Shown: piece after piece, positions 49,871 through 61,291 of the stretch
Numbering within the stretch: the first letter of the stretch is position 1
Layout of the letters: each line of letters begins with the position of its first letter
Source: Mobula hypostoma
Taxonomy: Eukaryota
Assembly: GCF_963921235.1 (NCBI RefSeq)
Contig: NC_086098.1
Coordinates: 9,300,001-9,364,000 of the forward strand
Length of the DNA: 64,000 nucleotides
Reading direction: 5' to 3'
Program-made: the position numbers and the translations under genes
The notes under the pieces: model-generated
What the model was told of the DNA's origin: nothing
Databases searched by the model: none
Seen by the model: the letters and a program-made list of their open reading frames with translations, nothing else

Positions 49871-50927
49871 GGTTATGCTGCAACTGTATAGGGTACTGTG
49901 TGCAGTTCTGGTATCCTTAATCGAGGAAGGATATACTGGCTTTGGAGGTGGTGCAGAGGAGGTTCACCAGGTTGATTCCAGAGATGAGGGGGTTAGACTA
50001 TGAGGAGAGATTGAGTCGCCTGGGACTATACTCGCTGGAATTCAGAAGAATGAGAGGAGATCTTGTAGTTCTTACAGAAACATCTGCATGATGCTAAGCT
50101 AGGGCACATCATCAGTGATGTTACCTGGGGTCGTCAGGTGTTTTGGGTCTTTCAACATCATACACCCTCGCCCAGGCGATCCAGAGCCATCTTGACGCTT
50201 TCTCTGCTGCATCTGTGGTGGTAGAAATGGCTCTCCTCCTTCTCTGTCCCGTGATTCCAAGTGCAGTGTATACTTTGCAGAGCGACTGGCCGGCAAAGCC
50301 ACAACACCCGACCTCCACGGGCCAACACTTTGCTCTCCGGCCTCTTCTTTGGCAGCTGTTCTTCAGATCTTCATACTTGGCTCTTTTCCGCCCGTAGGCT
50401 TCCTCCATGCGTTCTCCCCACGGCACGGTAAGCTCAAACATAAGAATGTGCTTCAATGAGTCGGACCACAACACAATGTCGGGCCGCAATGTAGCCTCTG
50501 TGATGTGGGCTGGAATTCAGAAGAATGAGAGGAGATCTTGTAGAAATATATAATATTATGAAAGGGATCAATAAGATAGAGACAGGAAAGTTTATGGACA
50601 GGAAAGTTTTCACTGGTAGATGAGACTAGAACTAGGGGCTCAAGATTTGGGGGAGTAAATTTAGGACTGAGATGAGGTGGAGCTACTTTCCCAAAGAGAG
50701 GGGAATCTGTGGCCATCCAATGAAGTAGTGGAGGCTACCTCAGTAAATATATTTAAGACAAGGTTGGATAGAGTTTTGCATAGTGGGGGAATTAAGGGTT
50801 ATGGGGAAAAGGCAGGCAGATGGAAATGAGTCTATGGTCAGATCAGCCATGATCTTATTGAGTGGCAGAGCAAGCTCGACGGGCCAGATGGCCGACTCCT
50901 GCTCCTAGTTCTTATGTTCTTGTGTTC
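49871..50927 (+). mobile_element. CR1 3' fragment hosting a HERO-like insertion
   Basis: VQRRFTRLIPEMRGLDYEERL...LEFRRMRGDL; tail gttcttatgttcttgtgttc. Confidence 0.8.
50069..50508 (-). mobile_element. HERO-like non-LTR retrotransposon 3' fragment (restriction-like endonuclease)
   Basis: ORF 50121-50489 reads RPDIVLWS...FELTVPWGE.MEEAY.RKRAKY...PVEVGC.GF...AAEKASRWLWI, a PD-(D/E)xK RLE pattern. Confidence 0.8.
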
Positions 50928-51081
50928 AGTGTGTGTAGTTCTCAGTGAAGTTTGGAACTGCTATGTTCTCAGTCTAAGTCAAGTGGCCCTTATACAGATT
51001 ATGAAAATGCAAAACACAATGGGATGAGACACAATTTTTTGTAACTTCTGAACATGGCCTTGGTCTAGAATTGGCAGCTCC

Positions 51082-51482
51082 TGTAATAAGCTCTGCAGTT
51101 TTGTGTGGGGAGCCGGAGAGCTTTGGGCTCCGAGGTTTTTAGAATTCCTGAATTGGTTAATTGTTGTTTAAAGAAGTCGCTAATCGTTTAAAGTTCCTTG
51201 CTTTTCTCGAGCCGACTCGCTCTTTGTTATGTGGTTTCCTGGTGCTTTCTGTTTAAGTTTGTTCAGTTTATGTTGATAGACTTGGGGATTCCGTGTTGCT
51301 TGTATTATTTAAGTGTAATCCCGATTAGCGTTAATTGTGGGCTCCTAGTTTTGAGAAAGTTATGTCTCGTGGTGTCGCTTGGCCAAGCCACCTATGTACT
51401 GTTGGAATTCTTATGAATTCTACATTGGAATCTGTCTTTCCTCTGCTCTTGGGTTCCGACATGGCCAACGCACATTGTGACG
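51082..51482 (+). mobile_element. Solo LTR (family B), 401 bp
   Basis: TGTAAT...GTGACG termini, TSD GCTCC (51077-51081) / GCTCT (51483-51487); homologous to 60910-61291. Confidence 0.75.
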
Positions 51483-52054
51483 GCTCTAGTTTCTAAGAAA
51501 GAGAGCACATTACAATACAATTTCTTTGTCTAAATGTTTAAGTGTGGGCTAAAATACAAAGAACATAGCGGATACTATGGAATTGTAAGGGTACTATATG
51601 AATAAATTAAATTTATATAAAATATTACACTGCTAGCAGATTTGAATGAGAAATGTCTTTAATGAGCTTATTCGAAATAAAAACTACTGGGCTTTAAATT
51701 AACTAAAACATGTTAATTAAATATTTGAATCTTATTCAAAGATTTAATGGTGAGAGAAAATTGCAATTAGAAACATGAAGAACTGCGTCTAACACTCAAA
51801 TATGATTTCAAATTAAGACAATTTTTCTTTTCTATTAAAAAGACAACGGGCATATTTTGTTATGACTTTGGTTATAACAAATGGTCTTAAGACTAAAACA
51901 TTCATTCTGTTTCTCATTCCATAAATATTATGCCTTTTGCTCAACACTTTTAGCAATTTTTGTAGAATTACACATCTGCAGATTTTTAATTTTTATTTTC
52001 AGTGCTTTAGCATAAGTTTGAAAGGGTATTGATTAGGAGTGGTAATGTGCATGT

Positions 52055-52645
52055 GGCCTCCGTCGGTCGTGGTCGACCATGGGTACTGCGCCTCTGGTAG
52101 TCACTGGGGAGTGGCCTCTCCAGGGCGCAAGCCAGGGCAGAGTTGATATGGAGATCCGTCTGTTGCCCGTGCAGTGGGACCCCCTCTCCATGCTGATGAC
52201 AAGTCTAAAGGAACGACGAAAGTCGATACAGTTTGGTGCCAGCAGCATCACAGGAGTTGCCGTGCTGGTGCTGGGTACAGCAGTCAGCCGCCTTCGGGAC
52301 TGCGACTCCGGATTTTTCCTCGGGGTTTACTCCCAAAGCCTTTCCCGTGAGCGGGTATAGCCGCAAGGCAGCAGAGGTTTGAAATTGGAGTTTTCCCTCT
52401 CCTACATGAGCTGCCATCTGTGGTTAACGAGCCCCATCTGCCCAGAGCCACTGGTTTTAAGGCGCCAGTGGCCCGCCTTTGCCCCTTCTCCTGTCAGTGA
52501 GAACAGCTCCACCGGGCATAAGAACTATGCCACACGTGAAGGCCTGGAGTTAGACTTGGTTTTCAGAGGCTGTTTGAGACACACGCCATGAAGAGCATTT
52601 GTTTAGCAGTGGGAGCTCGTCCCCACTACCCCACCCTTTGGCTAT
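52055..52645 (-). mobile_element. Non-autonomous RTE-related retroelement, uninterrupted copy
   Basis: Co-linear with 838-1990. Contains ttccctctcctacatgagctgcc...gagccccatctgccc, resembling RTE 5' UTRs; no coding capacity. Confidence 0.6.
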
Positions 52646-53743
52646 GACTACCTTTGGAGCTAGGAGTTTAAAAATGGATTTTAAAATATTTTCAAGAACA
52701 CCCAAGTGTGCAAGGGAAGTAGATGGCCCTGCTGCTAGTGGTCATAGTATTGTAGAAAATTTACAAGAAAGGAGGCCACTCAATCCATTGCATGTGTTCT
52801 TATCAAAAAATGTTCTTCACCCTCAGAATCGGGTTTCCGTCGGGTTTTTTTAAAAATCACTGACATATGTCGATTTGTGGCAGCAGTACAGTGCATGACA
52901 TCATAGCTTTCAGCATCTGATCCATCGCCCTGCGAGAGTCAGTAGAAAAGTCTAGATGCTTGAAATGTGAAATAAAATCAAAAAAAAATCCTGTCAATAC
53001 TCAACAGAGCAGGCGGTATCTGCAGAGAGAGAAACAGAGTTAGTGTTTCACGTCAGTGACCCTACATCAGAACCATATTGTGACATCCAGCAGGGTTCTC
53101 AAACAGAGGGGTGACAGAAATCCTAGTTCAATTAGTTGATTTACATGCTGTGTGAGGAGTTTATTTGCCATATAGTGTATATTTATGTGTCTTAGGGATT
53201 TGTTATGTTAGTGCAACATGCAACAAAAACAACATTCAACAATTATAATAAAGAATAAAGAATTATATAGAAGTAAAGTTAGTCTAAAGAATGGATATGG
53301 AATGAAATGAGTTTAAATAAATATCAGCATTATTTACAACGCATTATAAAAAGTGGTTTAAAGTGTCTATAGTGCAATGCAGTGACTGAGGTAATAAATA
53401 GAGGGGGATGGGGAGCCAACTAGAATGGTTGATCAGATTAACTGACTGGGGGAAGTCTTCTGGTTCTCCAGCATGCAGAATTGTAGCAATGCCAGGGAAT
53501 GCAGACAAAATTCTGGTGTGTCTACATCTGACACTTCATGAAGTTTTATTTACAATAACTTACCAGAATATAACTTAATTGAACAGAAATTTAGTTATTT
53601 AGAGATGGAACCAAAGTAATAAATAATGAAATTTAAAGGAAAGTGTTGAGTCCTGATGAGATGTCTCATCCCAAGACATTTGACTGTTCATTCCCCTCCA
53701 TGGATGCTGCCTGAATTCCTCCAGTATTTTGTGGTGTTGCTCA

Positions 53744-54336
53744 TGTAACCCTCAGGCTCGGCCAGCACGTGATCGTCTAGGGGAAAACAACTTCTGGTCC
53801 CTCCAAACTGAGAAATCTCGTTTGTGTGGGTGCTGCGTGATGTGTTGTCCGGTTACAAATCGCACCACAAAATATCAGACAGTACACCATTTGCAATTAA
53901 ATGATTGAACTTTATAAGTCTTAATCTGAATAAAGGGTTGGTAAGAAAAAGAAAAAGGGCCCATTATAAGGGAAAAAGTGTATTGTGCATCGTTGGAGCT
54001 CACTGATATGGCTATTCATCAACCATTGACCTCCTCCAAGCGTCGTCGACCTTCAGACCCTCGCTGCTCAGTCCACTCCGTCCGGTGGTCTTCCGACTCT
54101 CCCCATTCGCGTCCTCTCTCTCCATCGCTCCCCGACGGAAACCCGCAAAAATCTCCCTTCCAGACTCACAAGAAAGAACAACGTTTCTCCCATTGGATAA
54201 TATACATTCCAAAATCCCGTTATCTCTAGTCATAACCCAAACGTTGCTGCTACAGAGAAACCATTGCATTAGCAGTGAAACATTACATAGGAGCCGTTAC
54301 ATTAGCCTTAGCAGTGAAACCTTACAGCAGGTTATA
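53744..54336. mobile_element. Solo LTR (same family as 40955 and 46726) inserted in a PLE terminal remnant (about 53648-54366)
   Basis: TGTAAC...GTTATA termini, flanks CTCA / CTGA. The host reads gtcctgatgag...gtgttgctca| |ctgagattcccactaactgcagaatctc. Confidence 0.75.
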
Positions 54337-54809
54337 CTGAGATTCCCACTAACTGCAGAATCTCTTCTGTCCAGATCTGAAAGGGATATAATTTTGTATT
54401 AATGGAAATTGAAGTTTTAGGATGGTAGGAAGATTATCAGTCATCAAAACAGCCATGACCTTTTGAATAAGGGAACATGTCTTGTTATGAATGACACCTG
54501 CTTGTCTTCTGATATTATTATGGTCGTATTTATTTGCAATAATTTCGGTGAAATCATGGCTGATCAGTGAGTCTGAGACAAATATCCTCAGAACTTTTGT
54601 TGGCTTACCATTTAGTTTATTATTTGCAAATCTTAATGTGTAAAAGAAATATTGATCAATATTTTTAAAATTCCTTTAAATGAAAGCTTGCACAGACCAG
54701 TAAGAATCTTATCAGAAACCAGGTGCAGAGAGACTTAAATGTGCAGAAACAAATATCAATAAAAAAGTAAGTGGAATTTTGGTGTGTTTAATGTTAAAGT
54801 AAAAACTGG

Positions 54810-55428
54810 TGAGTTAGATTATATCATCACATGCACCAAGATGTAGAGAAAACTTTTGTTTTGCATGCCATCCATACAGATCATTACATCAATATTTTGT
54901 GATAGTCTAAGGGTAAAATAACAACAGAATGCAGAATAAAGTGTTACAGTTACCGAAAAAGTGCAGAACAGGAGGACAATAAGGTACAATGTCATAACAA
55001 GGGAGATTGTGTGACCAAGAGTTCATCTTATCATGCAAGGCAACCCATTAAAAAGTCTTATACTGTAACAGTGGGATAGAATCTGTCCTTGAACCTAGTG
55101 GTACATGATTTCAGACTGCTGTATCTTCTGCCTGATGGGAGAGGGAAAGAGAGGGAAAGTTTGGGGTGGGTGGAATATTTGATTATGCTGGCTGCTTTAC
55201 TAAGGTAGTGAGAAGTGTAGACATAGTCCATGGAGGGGAAGCTGGTTTCTGTGATGCGTTGAACTGAGTCTACAACTCTCTGCAGGTTTCTTTGTGGCTT
55301 CAGCTAGACCAGTTGCCATACCAAGCTGTGATAAATCTGAATAGGATGATTTCTAAGGTGCATCTATAAAAATTAGTGAGGGTCAACAGGGACATGCCAA
55401 GTTTCTTTAACCTGGTGAGGAAGTAGAC
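54810..55428 (-). mobile_element. Decayed Rex1/Babar-like LINE 3' fragment
   Basis: Minus strand carries decayed YFL.RL.K.GMS..TLTNFYRCTLE.ILFRFITAWYGN and LPSGRRY motifs. Confidence 0.7.
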
Positions 55429-56194
55429 ACGATCCTGCTTAAGTTCTGGCATGCTTACAGTGGGAAAATTGCATGTAATTCATGATATGACCTTGACCCT
55501 TTGGACAGTGTACTCTGAATAGTCACTACAATTACTATTAGAAATTATACTTATTTTAGTAATTGACAGTCTGACAGCTCTTCAACGATGTCTTGAACTG
55601 GATTCGGGAGGAATGACTTTAACGTTTGTAACTTTGGAAGTACTTCAAGCAAGCAATAAATAGAAAAGCTAATTTCAAACAAAATACACTTACCAAGAAA
55701 ATCCAGAGCTAAAAGTAATTTATGTGAACGACTGAGCTTTCAATTGATTAGGGTTGCCCTTACAAATTAGTTTTTCATGTTACGGTGAATGGAAGTTAAA
55801 ATTTGTAGCAATGATTGGCTGTTTGGTTAATCATAGTCGAGATTGTATGGCAAAATAAAACAGTAAAAAGTACTGAAGGGTTGTACCAATATGTTAAGAA
55901 TTTGGCTTAGTCTCTTAGACAAGGCAGAATCCAGGGGTAGAAACCTACAGTACACAATTCGAAGAATGGTTGTCTCAGGAGTATTCAAGCAGCTACTTGC
56001 CTTCCAAGAATTTTTTTGCCAAGTTCTTTCAAGAAAATTGCTCCAGAGAACTTAACTGCTCTTTATATTTTTTTTCAAACATGCTGTGTGTCCTGACTGA
56101 CTTCAGCAATTGGTTGAAATTCCATCATTTCCTTGCGTTTGCATTTTCAACTTTTCGCTTCCCTTTGTCCATTTCTGAGGCTAGCCCGTCAACT

Positions 56195-57490
56195 ATAGAA
56201 CCCAGAACAGGACAGCACAAGATTAGTCACTTCAGCCCATTCTGCCTGTGCCAAACATGATGCCAAGTTAAACTAAATCCCTTCTGCCTGCCTTGTTTTG
56301 CTTTCGTACTGGTCTGAGTCAAATTCCATCTGCCATTCCTTTGTCTTCTCTCTTTGTTGATTAATGTTAACTTTCTTCATGAGCCACACTAACACCATTT
56401 TTTGTGTCGTTGCAAACTTGCTAACCATGCTATGTACATTTTCATCTAAATCATGAATATATGACAATTAACAGGCCCATCGCTGATACAAATCTGACAA
56501 ACTGCTCTCCACTACCACCCTCTGCCCCTTCCCATCAAGCTAGTTCTATTTCCAGTTGACATCCTGGATCAGAATCAGATTTATTGTCACCGGCATGTGA
56601 CGTGAAATTTGTTAACTTAGCAGCAGCAGTTCAGTGCAATACATAATCTAGCAGAGAGAAGAAATAATAATAATAAATAAAATAAAACAATAATAATAAA
56701 TTAACAAGTAAATCCCATGTGTTCTAACCATCCAAACTAGCCTACCATGTAGAACCTTGTCAGAAGTTTTGCTAGAGTCCATCGAGACAATACCTACTGC
56801 CCAGTCCTCATCAATCCTCTTGTTAACTTCTTCAGACAACTCAATCAAATTCATGAGACTTCCCAAGCACGGCCCTGTGCTGACTATCCCTATTCAGTCC
56901 TTGACTTTCCAAATGCAAATAATAATCTCTCAGAATCTCTTCAAATAACTTTGTCACAACTGATGTAAGGTTTACCAGCCTGTAGTTCCTTGGGTTATCC
57001 TCCTCTTGTACTACCTTACCTATAGATAACAAAGTTACCAAAGACTGTGCCAGGGCCCCAGCAATCTCCTTCTTTGCTTCCTATTGTGTCCTTGGATACG
57101 CCTGGTTAGCCACCAGGGATTTATCCACCTTTAATGCATCTCAGGCCTTCCATCTTTCTTAATCCTGATGTGTTGAATAAGCTCAATGCTTCTTCCCCAA
57201 AAATCACTGACTTCTACAACTTTCTCCACAGTAAAAACAGATGAGAAATATTAATTTAAAACCTCACTGATTTCCCATGGCTCCACACATAGACTATCAC
57301 GTTGATCCTGAGGAGGATCTACTCTTTCTCTAATTACCCTTTCACTTTTCAAATATTTATGTAATCGGTTGACTCTCCTTATTTGTCAAGGATATCTCAT
57401 GGCCTATTTTGCCCTCCTCGTTTCCTCCTTAAGTGTACTCTTACATCCTCAGTATTCTTTAAGAGACCCACTTGATTTCAGCTGCTTAGT
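56195..57490 (-). mobile_element. Old, fragmented CR1
   Basis: Short ORFs NPRNYRLVNLTSVV, SKTSDKVLHGRL and WQMEFDSD. Confidence 0.7.
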
Positions 57491-59376
57491 GCATAAGACC
57501 ATAAGGCATTAGGCCATTCGGCCCATCAAGTCTGAAAATCCAAACGAAAACTGCAGATGCTGGAAATCTAAAATAGGAACAGAAAAAGCTGGAAACATTC
57601 AGCAGTCAGGCAGCATGTATAGAAGGAGAAAAGGAGGTACGTTTCAAGTGGAAGACCCTTTGCCAGAACTTCAGTGCCTTCTGTCTGATGAGATGTGAAA
57701 AGATTATGTGATAAATTGGACCCTTGATCTCACAATCAACCTCACAGTGATTTTGAACCTTACTGTCTAGCTGCACTTCACTTTCTCGATAGCTGCTGCA
57801 CTTTATTCTGCACTGTCATCCTTTTGTCTTCTACCACTTCAGTGCATGGTATAATGAATTGATCTGTATGAAAAGTATGCAAGACAACCTTTTCACTGTA
57901 TCCCAGTACATGTGACAACAATAAACCAGTAACAAATTCAAGATTTATGTATGTGTCCACTTGCAGAGAGTAAATAAAGCAAGAATTATAAACTTTACTG
58001 CCTCATAAAGGATATATTTCTTGAGTTTGTTTGCAGACTCCTTCAGTGATATAGTATAGACCTTTTGCTTAAAATATGGGAAAACTATCTCACTTCCAGG
58101 TGAGCAGCCACTGCCAGTAACAGCAGCAGACATGAGGAGGACTCTGCAGAGAGCTAACCCCCATAAGGCAGCCGGGCCGGACAACATTCCAGGCTGAGTA
58201 CTCAGAGAGTGTGCACACCAGCTCACTGCCATCTTCACAAACGTCAACACTTCACTCATCCACACTCCTGCCCTCACAAGCTTCAAATCAGCCACCATCA
58301 TCCCTGTACCAAAGAATTCTGTACCTTCAAAACTAAATGACTACTGCCCAGAAGCACTCACACCAGTCATCATGAAGTGTTTTGAACGGCTGATAATGGC
58401 AACATCAAAAACTCCATTCCTGCCACACTGGACACTCCCAAATCCTTACTGACAAAACCACTCTATGATAGATAACATAGCATTTATGCACCTGGCCCTG
58501 ACACACCGAGAAAACAAGGACACTCACGGCAGAATACTGTTTCTGGATTTCGGTTCAGCATTCAACAGTATTGTCCCACAGACCTTAGTAAACAAGTTCC
58601 TACTCCTCGATCTAAATACATCACTGTGCAACTGGGTGTTGGACTTCCTAACCAGCAAGCCTCAGATTGTCAGGGTGTACAACTGCTCCTCCCTCCCCAT
58701 CATCCTCACTTGGGTACCTCCAGGGCAGTGTGCTGAACCCACTGCTGTACTCTCTGTTTACACATGACTGCATGGCCAAACACCTGCGTAATCACATTGT
58801 CAAGTTCACTGATGACACGACAGTTGTAGGGCTCATCACCAACAACAATGAGACAGTCTACAGAGAGGAGGTAGAAGAGCTCAAGGCCTGGTGCCAAGCA
58901 AACAACCTTTTCCCCTCTTCAATCTCAGCAAGACAGCAGAGATGGTTATCAACTTCAGGAGAACTTGCACAATTCACACCCCTCTTTACATCAGCAGTGG
59001 AAACTACGAGCAGTTTCAAACCCCTGGAAGTACACATCTCGCACAACCTCTCATGGTCCAAGAACACATTCTACACAATCACAAAAGTGTCACAACCATG
59101 GATTAGGCAGCGCAGCAGATTTGGCAATTGTGCTCGTGAATATGCATGTGTCAGCTAATTATTATTTCATTGTGATATATTTAACTCCATTCATTCTGTC
59201 GTAGTATTTGTCGAGACTTGGACATAGCAATGCTTCACTGCCTGCTTGCTTTTCGCATTGCCTGAGAAATTGAACTGTCGAGTCAACTGACTCTGACAAC
59301 TAGCGGTATTCGTTTAATCAACACGCACAAAACGCTGGAGGAACTCAGCAGGTCGGGCAGCATCCGTGGAAACGAA

Positions 59377-59414
59377 CAGTCAACGCTTCGGGCTGAGACC
59401 CTTCATCAGGACTG
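59377..59414 (-). ncRNA. Hammerhead ribozyme motif (one core substitution)
   Basis: CAGUC-CUGAUGA-A-GGGUCUCAGCCC-GAAGCGUU-GACUG. Stem I is perfect; GAAA is mutated to GAAG. Confidence 0.55.
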
Positions 59415-59631
59415 AAGAGGGAGGGGGCAGGGGCCCTATAAAGAAGGTGGGGGGAGGGTGGGAAGGAGAAGGCTGGTAGGTTCCAGGTGAAAAACCAGTA
59501 GGGGGAATCCCTGTTTCCCCTCCCCCACCCCTTGATCTTTCAGCTTACTGGTTTTTCACCTGGCATCTACCAGCCTTCTCCTTCCCACCCTCCCCCCACA
59601 TTCTTTATAGGGCCTCTGCCCCCTCCCTCTT

Positions 59632-59669
59632 CAGTCCTGACGAAGGGTCTCAGCCCGAAACATTGACTG
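59632..59669 (+). ncRNA. Hammerhead ribozyme motif
   Basis: CAGUC-CUGACGA-A-GGGUCUCAGCCC-GAAACAUU-GACUG. Stem I is perfect and core boxes are intact; stem III ACGU has decayed to ACAU. Confidence 0.62.
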
Positions 59670-60909
59670 TTCATTTCCACGGATGCTGCCCGACCTGCTG
59701 AGTTCCTCCAGCGTTTTGTGTGTGTTGCATCTGCAGAATATTTTGTAGTATTTGTTTAATTCCTAGCTGTTCTTTTCAGCCACAATGTAGGCTTCGTTTT
59801 CCATTTGAGAGACAGTTAACAGCCCTGTTTGCCCTAGCATTTATTGTTTTCTATCCCCTTTAAGTCTGTGAACTATCAACCTGCTTCAGTGTCTCTCACT
59901 CTGCACGTGGACCATGTCCGCACCAGGTGACAGTAAGTCTCGACCCAGCAGGGAGAGGGCAGCTGACCTTGGCCATGAGATTCCGTTGGAATTCCTATGT
60001 ATAAACTGTTCCTGTCTTCATCGTGACAGAAAGATCTTGCCAAGTAATGGGCCCAGCAAAGTTTGAACAGTGATGTTTTGACGTTGGTGGCTTGAAGAGA
60101 GGGTTCCTTTATTCTGAGTGCATGTCCTGACTCTACGTTCCGAGAGTCCCAAGTCTACATTCCGAGCTTCTCTAGTCTACATGGAGTTTCTCCGGTATCC
60201 ATTCCAAGCTTCTCAAGTCACAAGTACCCAGATTCCCAGTTTTGTGGTCCCATGACTCAGATCTGCGTAACAGGCTTATCAATTGATTCAACAAATCATC
60301 ATTCAAGTTAATAGTGTAAATTCTGGAAGAGCCCTACTCCAAGAGTAACCCTATCAAGAGTGTTTTTAACCTCTTGATGAAAGTCATGGTACAGAATGGG
60401 AAAATTGAACTTTCATGTAGCAAATTAAACGGATCTACAGAGAACCAACTAGCTTAGCGATGAAAGAAACCTATCTATGCTGTCTTGATCTGTAAAATTG
60501 AGACCATATCCTAATTGCCTCTAGAAAAAAAGTCATGAAAGATAAAACACAGTGAGCAAGATTTGAAAAGGTTCCTTCTCTAGGTTTCAAGTTTCATGTT
60601 TTCAAGGTTTCCCAAGGACTTTTCTCGATGTTCCCAAAGTTTTTATTTTTCCGATTGTTTCCAAGGCTTATACAATGTGTTTAGGGTTTTTCAATGTCCT
60701 CCGCATCTCGAGGACTCCCAAGCCTCCCTCTCGGCCCCGCCCAAGGTTTCTTGATCTCAGTCTGTTGGGGTTCCCAGGTCTCTCTGTCTCTCTAGATCTC
60801 CGAGTCTCCCTGTCTCTCGAGTTCCCCCAGGTCTCTTGAGTCATCCCTGGACCTCGAGTTTTCAGGTCTTCCTGGGCATCAGATGCTAGCTACAGGGAGG
60901 GGGGGATCC

Positions 60910-61291
60910 TATAGTGACTTCTTCAGGCCCGTGCAGGGCATCAGGGAGCATTGTGCTCTGAGATTTTTAGAGCACCTGAATTGGTTAATCGTTGCTTAAC
61001 AGTTATTAATGGTTTAAGAGATCCTGATGTTTTTCTTGAGTGACTCACTCTTTATAATGCGGTTTCCTGGTGCTTTCTGTTTAAGTTTGTTAAGTTTATT
61101 TTGATAGGCTCAGGGATTCTGTGTTAGTTTTATCATTGAAGCAGATGCCCGATTAGCTTCAGTCAGAGGGTCGTCATTTTGAGAATAATCCGTCTCACGC
61201 TGTCACTTGGTAGAGCTATCTCTGTAAAAGCTCTTGTTTCTGTCTCTACATGGAAGTCTTTGGCTCCGATATTGGCAGTGCACACCATGGC
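60910..61291 (+). mobile_element. Family-B LTR nested inside LTR element A
   Basis: Preceded by a G-rich polypurine tract at 60894-60906; shares a 31-nt identical block (61061-61091 = 51233-51263) with the solo LTR at 51082. Confidence 0.72.

Larger units (their letters stand above)
59319..59747. mobile_element. Palindromic Penelope-like insertion within the 5' LTR
   Basis: Inverted arms at 59319-59500 and 59546-59727, absent from the 3' LTR, flanked by gtattcgtttaat (59306-59318) and gtatttgtttaat (59748-59760). Confidence 0.88.

Noticed and set aside
52500..52560. HDV/CPEB3-like ribozyme suggested by gccttcacgtgtggc on the minus strand
   Set aside because: There is not enough sequence between the candidate P2 and P4 to form P3, P1' and P1.1, so I kept it only as a generic structured-RNA finding.
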